Assembly (NCBI GenBank): GCA_039795165.1
Contig: JBDKER010000004.1
Coordinates: 48,234-112,233, forward strand
Direction of reading: 5' to 3'
Source: Verrucomicrobiota bacterium
Lineage (GTDB): Bacteria; Verrucomicrobiota; Verrucomicrobiia; Verrucomicrobiales; V1-33
Length of the DNA stretch: 64,000 nucleotides
A program made the position numbers and the translations under genes. The notes under the pieces were generated by a model that searched no databases, was not told the DNA's origin, and was given only the letters and a program-made list of their open reading frames with translations. Shown in pieces: positions 8,761-17,651 of this stretch (position 1 is the first letter of the stretch; each line of letters begins with the position of its first letter).

Positions 8761-10878
8761 TCAGCCAAGCCCCGACCGTGCAAGGAGCGGACCAAGTTCG
8801 GGATCGCGGCCCATGAAGTCACGGAAGAGCTTTTCGGGAGGTTCGCTGTTCCCCTTCGCAAGAATGCAGTCGCGGAAGGCGCGGCCCGTTTCCTCATTGA
8901 GCACGCCATCCCGCTGGAACCGGCTGAAGCAGTCGGCATCGAGTACCTCGGCCCACTTGTAGCTATAGTAGCCGGCTGCGTAGCCGACCGGACTGGCAAA
9001 GAGATGCGTGAAGCGGCGGGCCATGGCCGGCGGCCGCGTCTGCAGGGGCATCAGGTATCCCTCCAGCATTTCATCGACAGCCGCATCAAGGTCGGCACCG
9101 GACGCAATGGACGTGGCGGCATGCATGTGCAGCCCGAGGTCCATGCGTGCAAAGCTCAACTGCCGCATGAAGGTGGCTGCCGACATGTAATTGCGCGCCG
9201 CCAGCATCTTACGGAAGAGCTTCTGCGGAATCGGTTCGCCGGTCTCCACATGCCGCGCAAAGAAGTCAAGACTCTCCCGTTCCCAGCAGAAATTCTCCAT
9301 GATCTGCGAGGGAAGTTCCACGAAATCCCAGGCGACATTGACCCCGTTGAGCGAGCGCACTTCGACCTGGCCCAGCAGATGGTGCAGGAGGTGTCCGAAC
9401 TCGTGGAAGACGGTCTCGACTTCGTGATGCAGCAGCAGAGCCGGCCTGCCATCGACGGATGGAGTCATGTTGCCGCAGATCAGTCCAAGGTGTGGTTCAC
9501 GGTCGGCATCACCGACCGGAGGCCGCCCGGTGCGCAGGGAATTCATCCATGCTCCGCCGCGCTTGCTGTCGCGCGGATGCCAGTCGGCATAGAACGAACC
9601 GAGATGCACGCCGCGGGAATTGCGGATCTCGTAGAACTTCACTTCCGGGTGCCAGACCTCCACGGCCTCGGCCGCGGTTCCTTCCGGGCGCTCTGCCCCC
9701 GGGGCCACGAAAACGACCGGGCACTCGCGGATTTCGATCGCAAAGAGGCGCTCGCACAGGCGGAACATGCCACTGAGGACACCGTCGATGGGAAACCACG
9801 GGCGCAGTTCCTCTTCATCGAAATCATAGAGGGCGCGGCGGCGTTTTTCGGTCCAGTAGGCAACTTCCCACGGCTGCAGAGGCTCGGCCGGGGTCCGCAG
9901 CTGCTCGGCGCGGAATTCCTGAAGTTCGCGGCACTGACGGCTGAAGGCCGTGGCAATGCGGGCATGGAGATCCGTCACGAAATCGAGCGCGCGCTCGCCG
10001 TTGCGCGCCATGCGGCGTTCCAGCACGAGGTCTGCAAAGTGTGCCTTCCCCATGAGGGCAGCCTTTTCCTGCCGCAGCGCAAGAATCGAACGCAGCAGCG
10101 GCGTATTGTCCCATGGATCATCGCGGCCAACCCGGCTGCTCGCTTCCCATGCGCGTCGGCGGAGTTCCCCATCGTCGAGGTGCTCCAGCACCGCCATCAG
10201 ACTCGGAACCTTCAGAGTAAACCGCCATACCGGCCTTTCCTCAGTCCCGAGCCCCTTCGCGCGCGCATCTGCGAGGGCGGCGGCCCGGGCCGAATCCGGC
10301 AGACCGGCGAGCTTCGCCTCGTCGTCGATGAGCATTTCCCATGCATTGGTCGCATCGAGCACGTTCTCGGAAAACTTCTGCGTGTCGCGCGCCAGCTCGG
10401 CCTCCAGCGATTCAAGGCGCTTCCTTGCCTCCGGCGGGAGATCGGCCCCGCTCTGCCGGAAATCCGCCAGAGTTTCCTCCAGAAACCGGCGCTGCACTCC
10501 TTCCAGCCGGGCGGCTTCCGGCGTTCCTGCGAAGGTGCGGATCACATCCCAGAGCGATTCATTGAGGTACAGACCCGCGAAGAATTCGGAGACCTCGGGC
10601 AGCATGGCGTTGTAGGCTTCCCGCAGTTCTGGGGAATTGCACACGCTGTCGAGATGACTGACGAGGCCCCATGCGTCATGCAGTGGCGTGAGGGCGTCCT
10701 CAAAGGCCTGCAGCACAGTTCCGAAATTCATCCGGCCCCGGTCCGTGCGGCAGAGGGCCTCAATGTTCTCCCGCGCCTGCTCCAGCGCCTTCCGGATGTC
10801 TGGGCCGATCCGCTCGGGGGTCAGCTGCGACCATGGAACATGAAACGGCGAGGCAAGGAACGGATGCTGGGAGGACAT
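8761..10878 (-). CDS. prlC: M3-family zinc metallopeptidase (oligopeptidase A-like)
   Basis: The 705-aa ORF carries HEFGHLLHH (HExxH) and the overall M3 layout (FFAGLYLNESLWD..., YYSYKWAEVLDAD). Confidence 0.85.
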   Translation of the reverse strand: MSSQHPFLASPFHVPWSQLTPERIGPDIRKALEQARENIEALCRTDRGRMNFGTVLQAFEDALTPLHDAWGLVSHLDSVCNSPELREAYNAMLPEVSEFFAGLYLNESLWDVIRTFAGTPEAARLEGVQRRFLEETLADFRQSGADLPPEARKRLESLEAELARDTQKFSENVLDATNAWEMLIDDEAKLAGLPDSARAAALADARAKGLGTEERPVWRFTLKVPSLMAVLEHLDDGELRRRAWEASSRVGRDDPWDNTPLLRSILALRQEKAALMGKAHFADLVLERRMARNGERALDFVTDLHARIATAFSRQCRELQEFRAEQLRTPAEPLQPWEVAYWTEKRRRALYDFDEEELRPWFPIDGVLSGMFRLCERLFAIEIRECPVVFVAPGAERPEGTAAEAVEVWHPEVKFYEIRNSRGVHLGSFYADWHPRDSKRGGAWMNSLRTGRPPVGDADREPHLGLICGNMTPSVDGRPALLLHHEVETVFHEFGHLLHHLLGQVEVRSLNGVNVAWDFVELPSQIMENFCWERESLDFFARHVETGEPIPQKLFRKMLAARNYMSAATFMRQLSFARMDLGLHMHAATSIASGADLDAAVDEMLEGYLMPLQTRPPAMARRFTHLFASPVGYAAGYYSYKWAEVLDADCFSRFQRDGVLNEETGRAFRDCILAKGNSEPPEKLFRDFMGRDPELGPLLARSGLG

Positions 10879-10982
10879 GCAGTGAAGTCAGAGGTTTGGG
10901 ATCATGCGCTCCATGACCCCGGGAGGCAAGCGCGCCGGTGCCCGCTGCGGGTCGGTTCGGTGGCGCAGAATCCGGCCGGTGA

Positions 10983-11297
10983 TCACAGACCAAAGCCTGG
11001 CGGCAGACCCATGCCGGAAGTCATCTTCTTCATTTCGCCTGCGGCGAGGTTGCGGCCAGCTTCGAGAGCCTGGCGCACCGCCGCAAGCACGAGGTCTTCG
11101 AGGATTTCGACGTCTCCGGGATCCACGATGGAAGGATCGATGCGGATGGATTGAATGTCTCCCGCGGCGGTGGCCTGCACGCGGACCTTACCGGCGGCCG
11201 CGGAGCCTTCCACGGTCTTCTGGGCGAGTTCCGCCTGCACGCGCTGCATATCCTGCTGTGCGCGCTGCGCCTGCTTGAGAAGCTTGCTGAGATCCAT
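10983..11297 (-). CDS. ybaB: YbaB/EbfC nucleoid-associated DNA-binding protein
   Basis: The 104-aa protein reads MDLSKLLKQAQRAQQDMQRVQAELAQKTVEGSAAAGKVRV...DVEILEDLVLAAV..., which is the typical YbaB pattern. Confidence 0.9.
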   Translation of the reverse strand: MDLSKLLKQAQRAQQDMQRVQAELAQKTVEGSAAAGKVRVQATAAGDIQSIRIDPSIVDPGDVEILEDLVLAAVRQALEAGRNLAAGEMKKMTSGMGLPPGFGL

Positions 11298-11351
11298 GCG
11301 GCATCCCTAGACCGGAAAAGCAACTCGCGGGCAAGTGCGGAAATGGGGACT

Positions 11352-12176
11352 TCACGTGAATTCCATCCCGCACTGATGACAGTAGCGCGCCCGGAAATCG
11401 TGATCGTCCCAGCCGCATTCCGGACAGCAGCGCCGCTGCCGCGAACGCGACATTTCGCGTCCGATCTCGGCAGTCACGACCCCTGTTGGTACCGCAATGA
11501 TCGCAAATCCCGTCAGCATGATCACCGAGGCCATGAATTTCCCGGCCACCGTGATGGGAGCGACATCCCCGTAGCCCACCGTGGTAATCGTCACGATCGC
11601 CCAGTAGATCGCCTGCGGGATGTTCGCGAAATCTGGATTCGCGCCGCTCTCGAGCACATAGACGATCGTTCCCTCCACGAGCACGAGAGTGAGGACGGCG
11701 GTGAGGAAGATGAGTATCTTGCGGCGGCTGGCCCGGATCGCATTGAGCAGCAGACTGGCTTCACCCAGATACTCGGCCATTTTGAGGATGCGGAACATGC
11801 GCATGAGCCGCAGTACCCGCACGGCCATCAGGAAGTGCGAACCCGGCAGCAGCAGTTCAAGATAGCCCGGCAGAATCGAGATGAGATCAATGATGCCGAG
11901 GAAGCTCAGCGCATAGCGCCCTGGCCGCCGCACGACTGCAAGGCGCAGCAGATACTCGGCAGTGAAGAGCAGGGTGAAGGTCCACTCGAGAATCTGGAAA
12001 AGCCGGAGGTTTCCGGCCCGGATTTCCTCGACACTCTCGAGCATGACGACGATCACGCTGCAGGCGATCAGAATCAGCAGCACTACATCGAAGATCCAGC
12101 CGGCCCGCGTATCCGAATAGAAAATGATGCGGCGCAGCTTCTCCCGCCAGGCTGGCTGAACTGGGTCGTGATCCAT
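11352..12176 (-). CDS. Voltage-gated-type (6TM) potassium channel with C-terminal zinc-ribbon tail
   Basis: The selectivity filter is TTVGYGD and the S4-like helix is RVLRLMRMFRILK. The tail is CPECG...CHQCG. The ATG at 12176 is preferred over the TTG at 12212. Confidence 0.85.
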   Translation of the reverse strand: MDHDPVQPAWREKLRRIIFYSDTRAGWIFDVVLLILIACSVIVVMLESVEEIRAGNLRLFQILEWTFTLLFTAEYLLRLAVVRRPGRYALSFLGIIDLISILPGYLELLLPGSHFLMAVRVLRLMRMFRILKMAEYLGEASLLLNAIRASRRKILIFLTAVLTLVLVEGTIVYVLESGANPDFANIPQAIYWAIVTITTVGYGDVAPITVAGKFMASVIMLTGFAIIAVPTGVVTAEIGREMSRSRQRRCCPECGWDDHDFRARYCHQCGMEFT

Positions 12177-12227
12177 GATCCGCCTTTCTACGCTTCCGGT
12201 GGATAGCCGCAAGCCCTGCCTGCATGG

Positions 12228-13772
12228 TCAGGGCAGCCGTTCTTCCCGGTAGGCGGCCAGCGCTTTCCGCAGAGCGGCGGCAAGGTCCTTCTCACCAGCG
12301 GATACCGCGGCCGTGAGAGCTTCGGTGGCCGTGGCGGCTGCTCCCCTGAAGTCCCCGTTGGCTGCCTGCGCGGCCGCCAGCGTGTCGAGGACAAAGGGTG
12401 ATTTTCCGGCGCTCAGCTGGTTGGCCTTTCTGGCCATGGCGAGGGCTTCGGCAGGTCTGCGCAGATCCTTTGCAGGACCGGTGGCCAGCAGGCCCGCGAG
12501 GTTGTTGAGCAGACTCAGATCTTCCGGAGCCCGCGTCAGCCCGGTCTCGAGGCAGTGGATCGCATCCGCCATCTGCCCGGCCTCCGCGAGCTTCCCTCCG
12601 AGCGCTCCGGCCATCGCCGGAAAGTTCCGGTGGCGTTCCAGAAGACGGGCATGTCGGCGGAAGAAAGCCGCGGCTTCCCCGAGATGACCACCCAGCGTGA
12701 GGTCGTTCAGCCAGAACGATGGATCGGGTGCTGCGGGTTCCACCAGCCAGCGTCCCGGAAACGGAAGCGCTGCATCGTGGCGCTCCGACCCGGCCCGGGC
12801 CGCGGCGGCGTCGCGCAGGATCCGGTCCGCGCCGGTCCTGCCGCGGTAGATGGCCACCAGCCGACCCCGCCCATCCAGCAGAAAGCTAGTCGGAATCGGG
12901 AGGCTCACAATTGCTCCGAAGAGCTGACGGTGCGCCGAACCAAGACGCCGGAACGCTTCATCGGTCAGCAATCCGGCCGGGAAGGGAACAGCTTCCTTCC
13001 GCAGCCATGCCCATGCGTCCTGCGGCTTCGTGCGGTGCAGTTCATCGCGGCCATCTGCGCAGAGCAGCACCGGTGTGACCCCGGCCGCCTTGAACTGGGC
13101 GGCGGCTTCCTTCCATTCCGCCAGTTCGCTGCGGCAATCTGGACACCATGAAGCAAAAAGGTTGAGGAGGATGGGTCCCTCCGCGTCGCTGATGGACCAT
13201 GCGCTGCCGTCGGGCCGCTGCGAAGGCAGGACAGGGAAGGGGACGGGATGAAAGAGGGTCACTGCACCGGAGAGGGCCGGGCTGCGGGCCTCGAGGGGAT
13301 GTGGCGCTTGCGGTGCGGCTGCTGACTTCAGCGGAGAGACGGCCGGAAATGGGTCGCCCTGGGTGAATTGCACCAGAGTCCCCGGCTTCACCTCGCGCAG
13401 TTCCTCTCGGCTGCCATCCGGCCACCGCACGCTCACCGAGTCAATCTCCGGATTCTTTCCGAGCCCGAAATGCAGGGTCCGGCTGCTCTGCCCGAGAAAT
13501 CCCTCTCCAAGCTTCACGGTCCGCACGAGCGGTCGTTCCGGAGCCGACCGCAGCCGCACTTCCACTTTTGCTCCCGCCGCGTCCCGGCAGGCTTCCGTTC
13601 CTTCCAGCCGGATCTGGAGGCTGCGGCCCGACGGTGCCTCATTGCGCAGAAATCGCACCATGGGAGCCGTCCGGTTCGTCACCCAGACATCCAGATCTCC
13701 ATCCCCATCCCAGTCGGTCAGGGCCAGCGACCGGGCATCGTCCGGAAAATCGAAGCCGCTCAGCGCCGACAC
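12228..13772 (-). CDS. UnbV/ASPIC domain + TlpA-like thioredoxin fold + TPR protein (downstream part of a TGA-interrupted CRTAC1-like gene)
   Basis: The ORF has a GTG start. Its motifs are DWDGDGDLDVWV (FG-GAP), an UnbV-like block (KVEVRL...LGEGFLGQSSRTLHFGLG), ASWCPDC in a redoxin fold, and C-terminal TPR-like helices. It is in the same frame as ORF 13959..15839. Confidence 0.75.
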   Translation of the reverse strand: MSALSGFDFPDDARSLALTDWDGDGDLDVWVTNRTAPMVRFLRNEAPSGRSLQIRLEGTEACRDAAGAKVEVRLRSAPERPLVRTVKLGEGFLGQSSRTLHFGLGKNPEIDSVSVRWPDGSREELREVKPGTLVQFTQGDPFPAVSPLKSAAAPQAPHPLEARSPALSGAVTLFHPVPFPVLPSQRPDGSAWSISDAEGPILLNLFASWCPDCRSELAEWKEAAAQFKAAGVTPVLLCADGRDELHRTKPQDAWAWLRKEAVPFPAGLLTDEAFRRLGSAHRQLFGAIVSLPIPTSFLLDGRGRLVAIYRGRTGADRILRDAAAARAGSERHDAALPFPGRWLVEPAAPDPSFWLNDLTLGGHLGEAAAFFRRHARLLERHRNFPAMAGALGGKLAEAGQMADAIHCLETGLTRAPEDLSLLNNLAGLLATGPAKDLRRPAEALAMARKANQLSAGKSPFVLDTLAAAQAANGDFRGAAATATEALTAAVSAGEKDLAAALRKALAAYREERLP

Positions 13773-13930
13773 CGTCGCAAACGTCCCGTTCCCCGCATTC
13801 AGAAAGGCACAATTCGGTTCGCGGCCACTGAGTGAATTCCCGGCATCGATCAGTTCATCGACCCGCCGGATGGACTGACGGTACGGGCTCCGGGAGTCCA
13901 GTTCCTTTTCCTCAAGGAGGAGGGGGGACG

Positions 13931-13949
13931 TGGAGACAACCTGCCTCCA
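13931..13949 (-). other. RNA hairpin 9 nt downstream of the in-frame TGA (SECIS-like candidate)
   Basis: The minus-strand mRNA reads UGA AGUGUCUUC UGGAGGC-AGGUU-GUCUCCA. The stem has 7 bp including one G.U pair, and the loop is AGGUU. Confidence 0.35.
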
Positions 13950-13958
13950 GAAGACACT

Positions 13959-15758
13959 TCACAAATCGTCCGGGATTGCCCCGGTCACAAAGCCGTTCGC
14001 CACGAGCAGATCCGGCCAGCTGTCGCTGTCGATGTCCGCAAAGAGCGAGGCCCAGCTCCACCGTCCGACCGTGATGCCTGCCGGAACACTCACATCGCGG
14101 AACCGGCCCGCCTGATTGGCCTGATTGAGAAAGAGAGTATTGCCGCGCGCCAGCCTCCGGAACCTCCCCCTCACGTCTTCCGGCAGATCGGGCCGGAAGC
14201 GGTCCTGCGCCGTGATGCGGCTGCCCGCGGACGAAAACATCGCTCCCAGATGAATGTCCGGCCAGCCATCCCGGTTGAGATCGCCGGTCGCCGCACTCAT
14301 GCCAAAGGCACCTTCGCTGAGGCCCGCCGCTTCCGTGGTGTCCCGGAACTGAGGCTTTCCATCCCGCCGGCTCTGCAGGAAGAGGTTGTTCCGCCCGAAG
14401 TCGTTGGCCACATAAAGGTCCGCGAGGCCATCGTCATTGAAATCGTCCCAGACGGCCGCGTAACTGAAGCGGCGGTTGCCGGCATCGAGACCGGTCTCGG
14501 CGGTCGCATCGGCAAACCGCTGCCACGATCCCGCAGGCCCCGCTCCGTCGTTCCGGATCAGGAAATTCGGTCCCCCGTTGTTGGCGTCGAAATGCGGCAT
14601 GGGAACGGCCAGTTCACCACCTTCCCCCGCACTGGGAAAATAGCGGGCGGCATACAGATCGATGTCGCCGTCGCCATCGTAATCGGCCCCGGCGAGGCCG
14701 TACACGTTGAGCACGGGCGGCAACCGCAGCCGCGGGACCATGCGGTTCCCGGTATTCTCGAAAAACACCAGCGGACCAGCGGTCGCCACGACCAGATCCG
14801 CATCGCCGTCATTGTCGAAATCCGCAAAGAGCGCGCACTGCGAGGAATCCAGCAGGTCCACTCCCCAGGAAGCTCCCGCATCCTCGACCGTCCCATCGTC
14901 ACGATGCAGGAGAAGCCGGTTCGGCAGACCCCCGGGCTGGCAGACATAAACGTCTTCACGTCCATCACCATTCACGTCGGCCACGGAAACCCCATGATGT
15001 CCGAACTTGAAGAAGGGCAGCGATGCCTGCAGCTGGAGACGATAGCCGCCGTTCCCTCCCGCCAGCTGCGCAGCCACTTCAGGCAACCCAGCGAGTACCT
15101 CCGCGGTCTGATCGCTGAACCACGGGCGCTCGGCCGCCGCCGTCACTTCCTCGAAGGAAAGACAACGCACGCCCTGCAGCACACCCGGCTGATCGGCCCG
15201 TTCCGTCCGCCAGCGTGCCTCCCAGTTCAGATTCACTTCGCGACGCCCGCCCGCCGGGACCGCACCGTCCAGATGAAGCAGATGAGTCGTGACCGTGCTG
15301 CCTCCCTTTTTCGCCGGTGGCTTCACCCCCACCGTCTTCACTTTGAAATGAATCGCACCATCCCCGCCGAGGAGAGCCCGCAGCTGCGCCAGCGCATCCT
15401 TCCATGGCACGTCCTTCCCGGGCTCCGCCACCGCGCCACCCCGCCGGATCCCCACGGAATCGGTCGACAGCTTTTCCGCCTCCCCGGAAATCACCGCAAA
15501 CCTTCCCCGCAGGGAATCCGCATCCTCTCCGGCATCCTCCAGCGGTTGCAGCAACCGCTTCAGCTGCGCCTGCGCCGCCTCCGCAAATGCCTCCGTCTCC
15601 CAACCTTCCTGCGCCGGATCCGGCATCACCGGCCGCGGCACCGGACAAACCGCTGCACTTTCCTCCTCCGCCGCCGCCGGCTCGCAGATCCCCACCCCAA
15701 GGACCGCCACGAGGCACCGCGTCCCGATCAGGAAAAGCCTTTTGCGTCCCATTCGCAT
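13959..15758 (-). CDS. FG-GAP/VCBS repeat protein (CRTAC1-like), upstream part ending at the in-frame TGA
   Basis: There are multiple D.D.DGD.D / FG-GAP repeat units (DVNGDGREDVYV, DFDNDGDADLVV, DYDGDGDIDLYA, DFNDDGLADLYVANDF, DLNRDGWPDIHL, DIDSDSWPDLLVANG). The ATG at 15758 (MRMGRKRLFLIG...) is signal-like. The ORF track start is 15839. Confidence 0.75.
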   Translation of the reverse strand: MRMGRKRLFLIGTRCLVAVLGVGICEPAAAEEESAAVCPVPRPVMPDPAQEGWETEAFAEAAQAQLKRLLQPLEDAGEDADSLRGRFAVISGEAEKLSTDSVGIRRGGAVAEPGKDVPWKDALAQLRALLGGDGAIHFKVKTVGVKPPAKKGGSTVTTHLLHLDGAVPAGGRREVNLNWEARWRTERADQPGVLQGVRCLSFEEVTAAAERPWFSDQTAEVLAGLPEVAAQLAGGNGGYRLQLQASLPFFKFGHHGVSVADVNGDGREDVYVCQPGGLPNRLLLHRDDGTVEDAGASWGVDLLDSSQCALFADFDNDGDADLVVATAGPLVFFENTGNRMVPRLRLPPVLNVYGLAGADYDGDGDIDLYAARYFPSAGEGGELAVPMPHFDANNGGPNFLIRNDGAGPAGSWQRFADATAETGLDAGNRRFSYAAVWDDFNDDGLADLYVANDFGRNNLFLQSRRDGKPQFRDTTEAAGLSEGAFGMSAATGDLNRDGWPDIHLGAMFSSAGSRITAQDRFRPDLPEDVRGRFRRLARGNTLFLNQANQAGRFRDVSVPAGITVGRWSWASLFADIDSDSWPDLLVANGFVTGAIPDDL

Positions 15759-15855
15759 CGATTTCCGAACGTACCGGATCAGCAGTTCTCTCAAAAGGAA
15801 CGGCCGACCCCTCGCAGGATCGGCCGCCCCAGAAGACACACGTACCTAACAAAAA

Positions 15856-16536
15856 TCAGGCCCGGCGGCGGCGCAGCACGAAAGCTGCACCGAGCAGACC
15901 CAGCACGCCGGCGGCCGGTTCGGGGATCGCCGTCGCGTCGAGGCGGAAATTGTCGATGTGCAGTCGCGTCCCGGTAAGGCTCTGCACCGCGATGCGGAGG
16001 TTGCCCCCCGGAGCCACGGCACCAGTCGTCCACGAGAAGGTGGCGTCACCGAAGGTACCACCCGCCGGAGCGATCGTGCTGGTATCCAGATCGGAAAAGA
16101 AGCCCGAGGGCGTGTACAGGGTGTACGGACCACCGACGGCACCGGGAGCGGGCAGCGCATCCAGCGAGGAAGTCAGGGAAAACCGCCCCGTGCCAGCACC
16201 CCAGTTGGCCCGGTTCCCCACGCCTACCGTGAGCGTATAGGTAGTGTTGGCGGCCCAGGCTGTCCCGAGATCCTGATAGATCAGACCGAACTCGTTGCCG
16301 TCAAAACCAAGGTGCGCGAGACCATCCGACGCAAAGCCCCCGATCGTCTCCATGAAATTAGTGTTGTCGCCACCCTGAGGATCGGACCAGCCATTGGGGA
16401 CCGCATCGGACCAGCCGCCGCCTCCCTGAATGAGCGCGAGGTCGTCTTCAAATCCAGGATTGACAATGTTGACAGAAGCCGCGCCGGCGATTCCTGCGCT
16501 GGCCGCGAGGGCAATGAAGATCGGTGAAATGCGCAT
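15856..16536 (-). CDS. PEP-CTERM sorting-domain secreted protein
   Basis: The signal peptide is MRISPIFIALAASAGIAGA. The C-terminus is IPEPAAGVLGLLGAAFVLRRRRA, i.e. a PEP motif, a TM helix and an Arg cluster. Confidence 0.8.
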   Translation of the reverse strand: MRISPIFIALAASAGIAGAASVNIVNPGFEDDLALIQGGGGWSDAVPNGWSDPQGGDNTNFMETIGGFASDGLAHLGFDGNEFGLIYQDLGTAWAANTTYTLTVGVGNRANWGAGTGRFSLTSSLDALPAPGAVGGPYTLYTPSGFFSDLDTSTIAPAGGTFGDATFSWTTGAVAPGGNLRIAVQSLTGTRLHIDNFRLDATAIPEPAAGVLGLLGAAFVLRRRRA

Positions 16537-16617
16537 AAGGAGGATAGGGTTATGAGCTTAAAAACGCTGAGACCCTGTTAGAGTGACAAAATCGACACCG
16601 GAAGTCAACGCCTTTCC

Positions 16618-16656
16618 TTTAATGAATCGATTTTAATTCAGGGTAACTTCATTAAA
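16618..16656. repeat. AT-rich inverted repeat TTTAATGAA-N21-TTCATTAAA in the promoter region of the PEP-CTERM gene
   Basis: It has perfect 9-nt arms (16618-16626 and 16648-16656) and lies inside a locally AT-rich spacer (about 16540-16700). Confidence 0.5.
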
Positions 16657-16745
16657 CCGCACCCCTATACTGGGCCAAGAGCACCGTTTCACCGACATAC
16701 GGGCTGCGGGAGCGCAGAATCGCAACGTGGCAGCACCCGCCTTGC

Positions 16746-17642
16746 TCAGTTCTGCTTTGGCTTGGCCGCGTTGGTCTTCTGAACCTGTTCCTGCTGGATG
16801 GAGAGACGACGCTCGCGCAGATTGCGGTACTGTTCGACCTTGGGTTCGATCGACTTCCGGATGGCATCGGCCTTCTGGAAGTAGCTGCGGCGCGCAGCGG
16901 CGGCGGCATCGCCACTGAGACCGCGGTTGATGGCGGCCCGGAAGCCTTCCTGCACGATCCGGTTCGATTCCATCTTCATTTCCCGGATTTCCTGGGAAAG
17001 CCTCAGTTCCTGTTCGTAGATGGCATCGGTTTTCGCAAGGGCTGCATCGACGGTACCCGCCGGATTGGTCGGGGCAGCCGTGGATTCCTGAATCTGTCCG
17101 GCCAGTTCCTCGCGTCCGGTGTCGGGCACATAATCAAGGGAGTACTTCTCGCTCCAGCCGGCCGGCAGATCTTCCGAGAGCACCTTCTTGACGCCACCAT
17201 CATGCTGGATGGTCACGAATCCCTGACCGAATTTGCTGATGCTGGCAGCCTTGAGAACTTCGCCAGACGGCAGCGCCAGCTCTGGATAGGTCTGCTGCTT
17301 GGCGGTGAGGCGGACTTCGGTCATGGCGGCCTCGAAATCGGTCACGGAGGCGTCCCATTCTATCTTGAGGGCATCGAGTTCCTGCTTCAGGGCGGCGATT
17401 TCCTCCTGCAGTTTCGGTACGTCCTTGGTGACCGCTTCCTTCTGGGCTTCCCGCAGTGGCCCGAGCTTTTTCTCGAGAAAGTCAATCTCGGACTGGCGTT
17501 GGGCCATGGTGCCGGTGATGCTGGCGACTTCGGCCTTGGCGGATTCGAACTTCTCGGAGCGCTTGTTGCGGTCCCAGAAATAGGCAAGGCCACCGCCGAG
17601 GGCGAGAAAGAGAAGCAGGGAACGGATTCCGGAAGTGTCCAT
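16746..17642 (-). CDS. Membrane-anchored coiled-coil protein (hypothetical)
   Basis: The N-terminal TM helix is IRSLLLFLALGGGLAYFW. It is followed by long heptad-like Glu/Lys/Leu/Ala segments. Confidence 0.6.
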   Translation of the reverse strand: MDTSGIRSLLLFLALGGGLAYFWDRNKRSEKFESAKAEVASITGTMAQRQSEIDFLEKKLGPLREAQKEAVTKDVPKLQEEIAALKQELDALKIEWDASVTDFEAAMTEVRLTAKQQTYPELALPSGEVLKAASISKFGQGFVTIQHDGGVKKVLSEDLPAGWSEKYSLDYVPDTGREELAGQIQESTAAPTNPAGTVDAALAKTDAIYEQELRLSQEIREMKMESNRIVQEGFRAAINRGLSGDAAAAARRSYFQKADAIRKSIEPKVEQYRNLRERRLSIQQEQVQKTNAAKPKQN

Positions 17643-17651
17643 GATCGAGAA

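Noticed and set aside
9004-11154. 716-aa ORF on the + strand
   Set aside because: It is entirely antisense to prlC and ybaB, which both have unambiguous family motifs. Its composition is Arg/Gly/Pro/His-rich and it has no recognisable domain, so it is a shadow ORF typical of high-GC DNA.
14250-15977. 575-aa ORF on the + strand
   Set aside because: It is antisense to the FG-GAP repeat gene and the PEP-CTERM gene. It is extremely Arg/Pro-rich and has no motifs.
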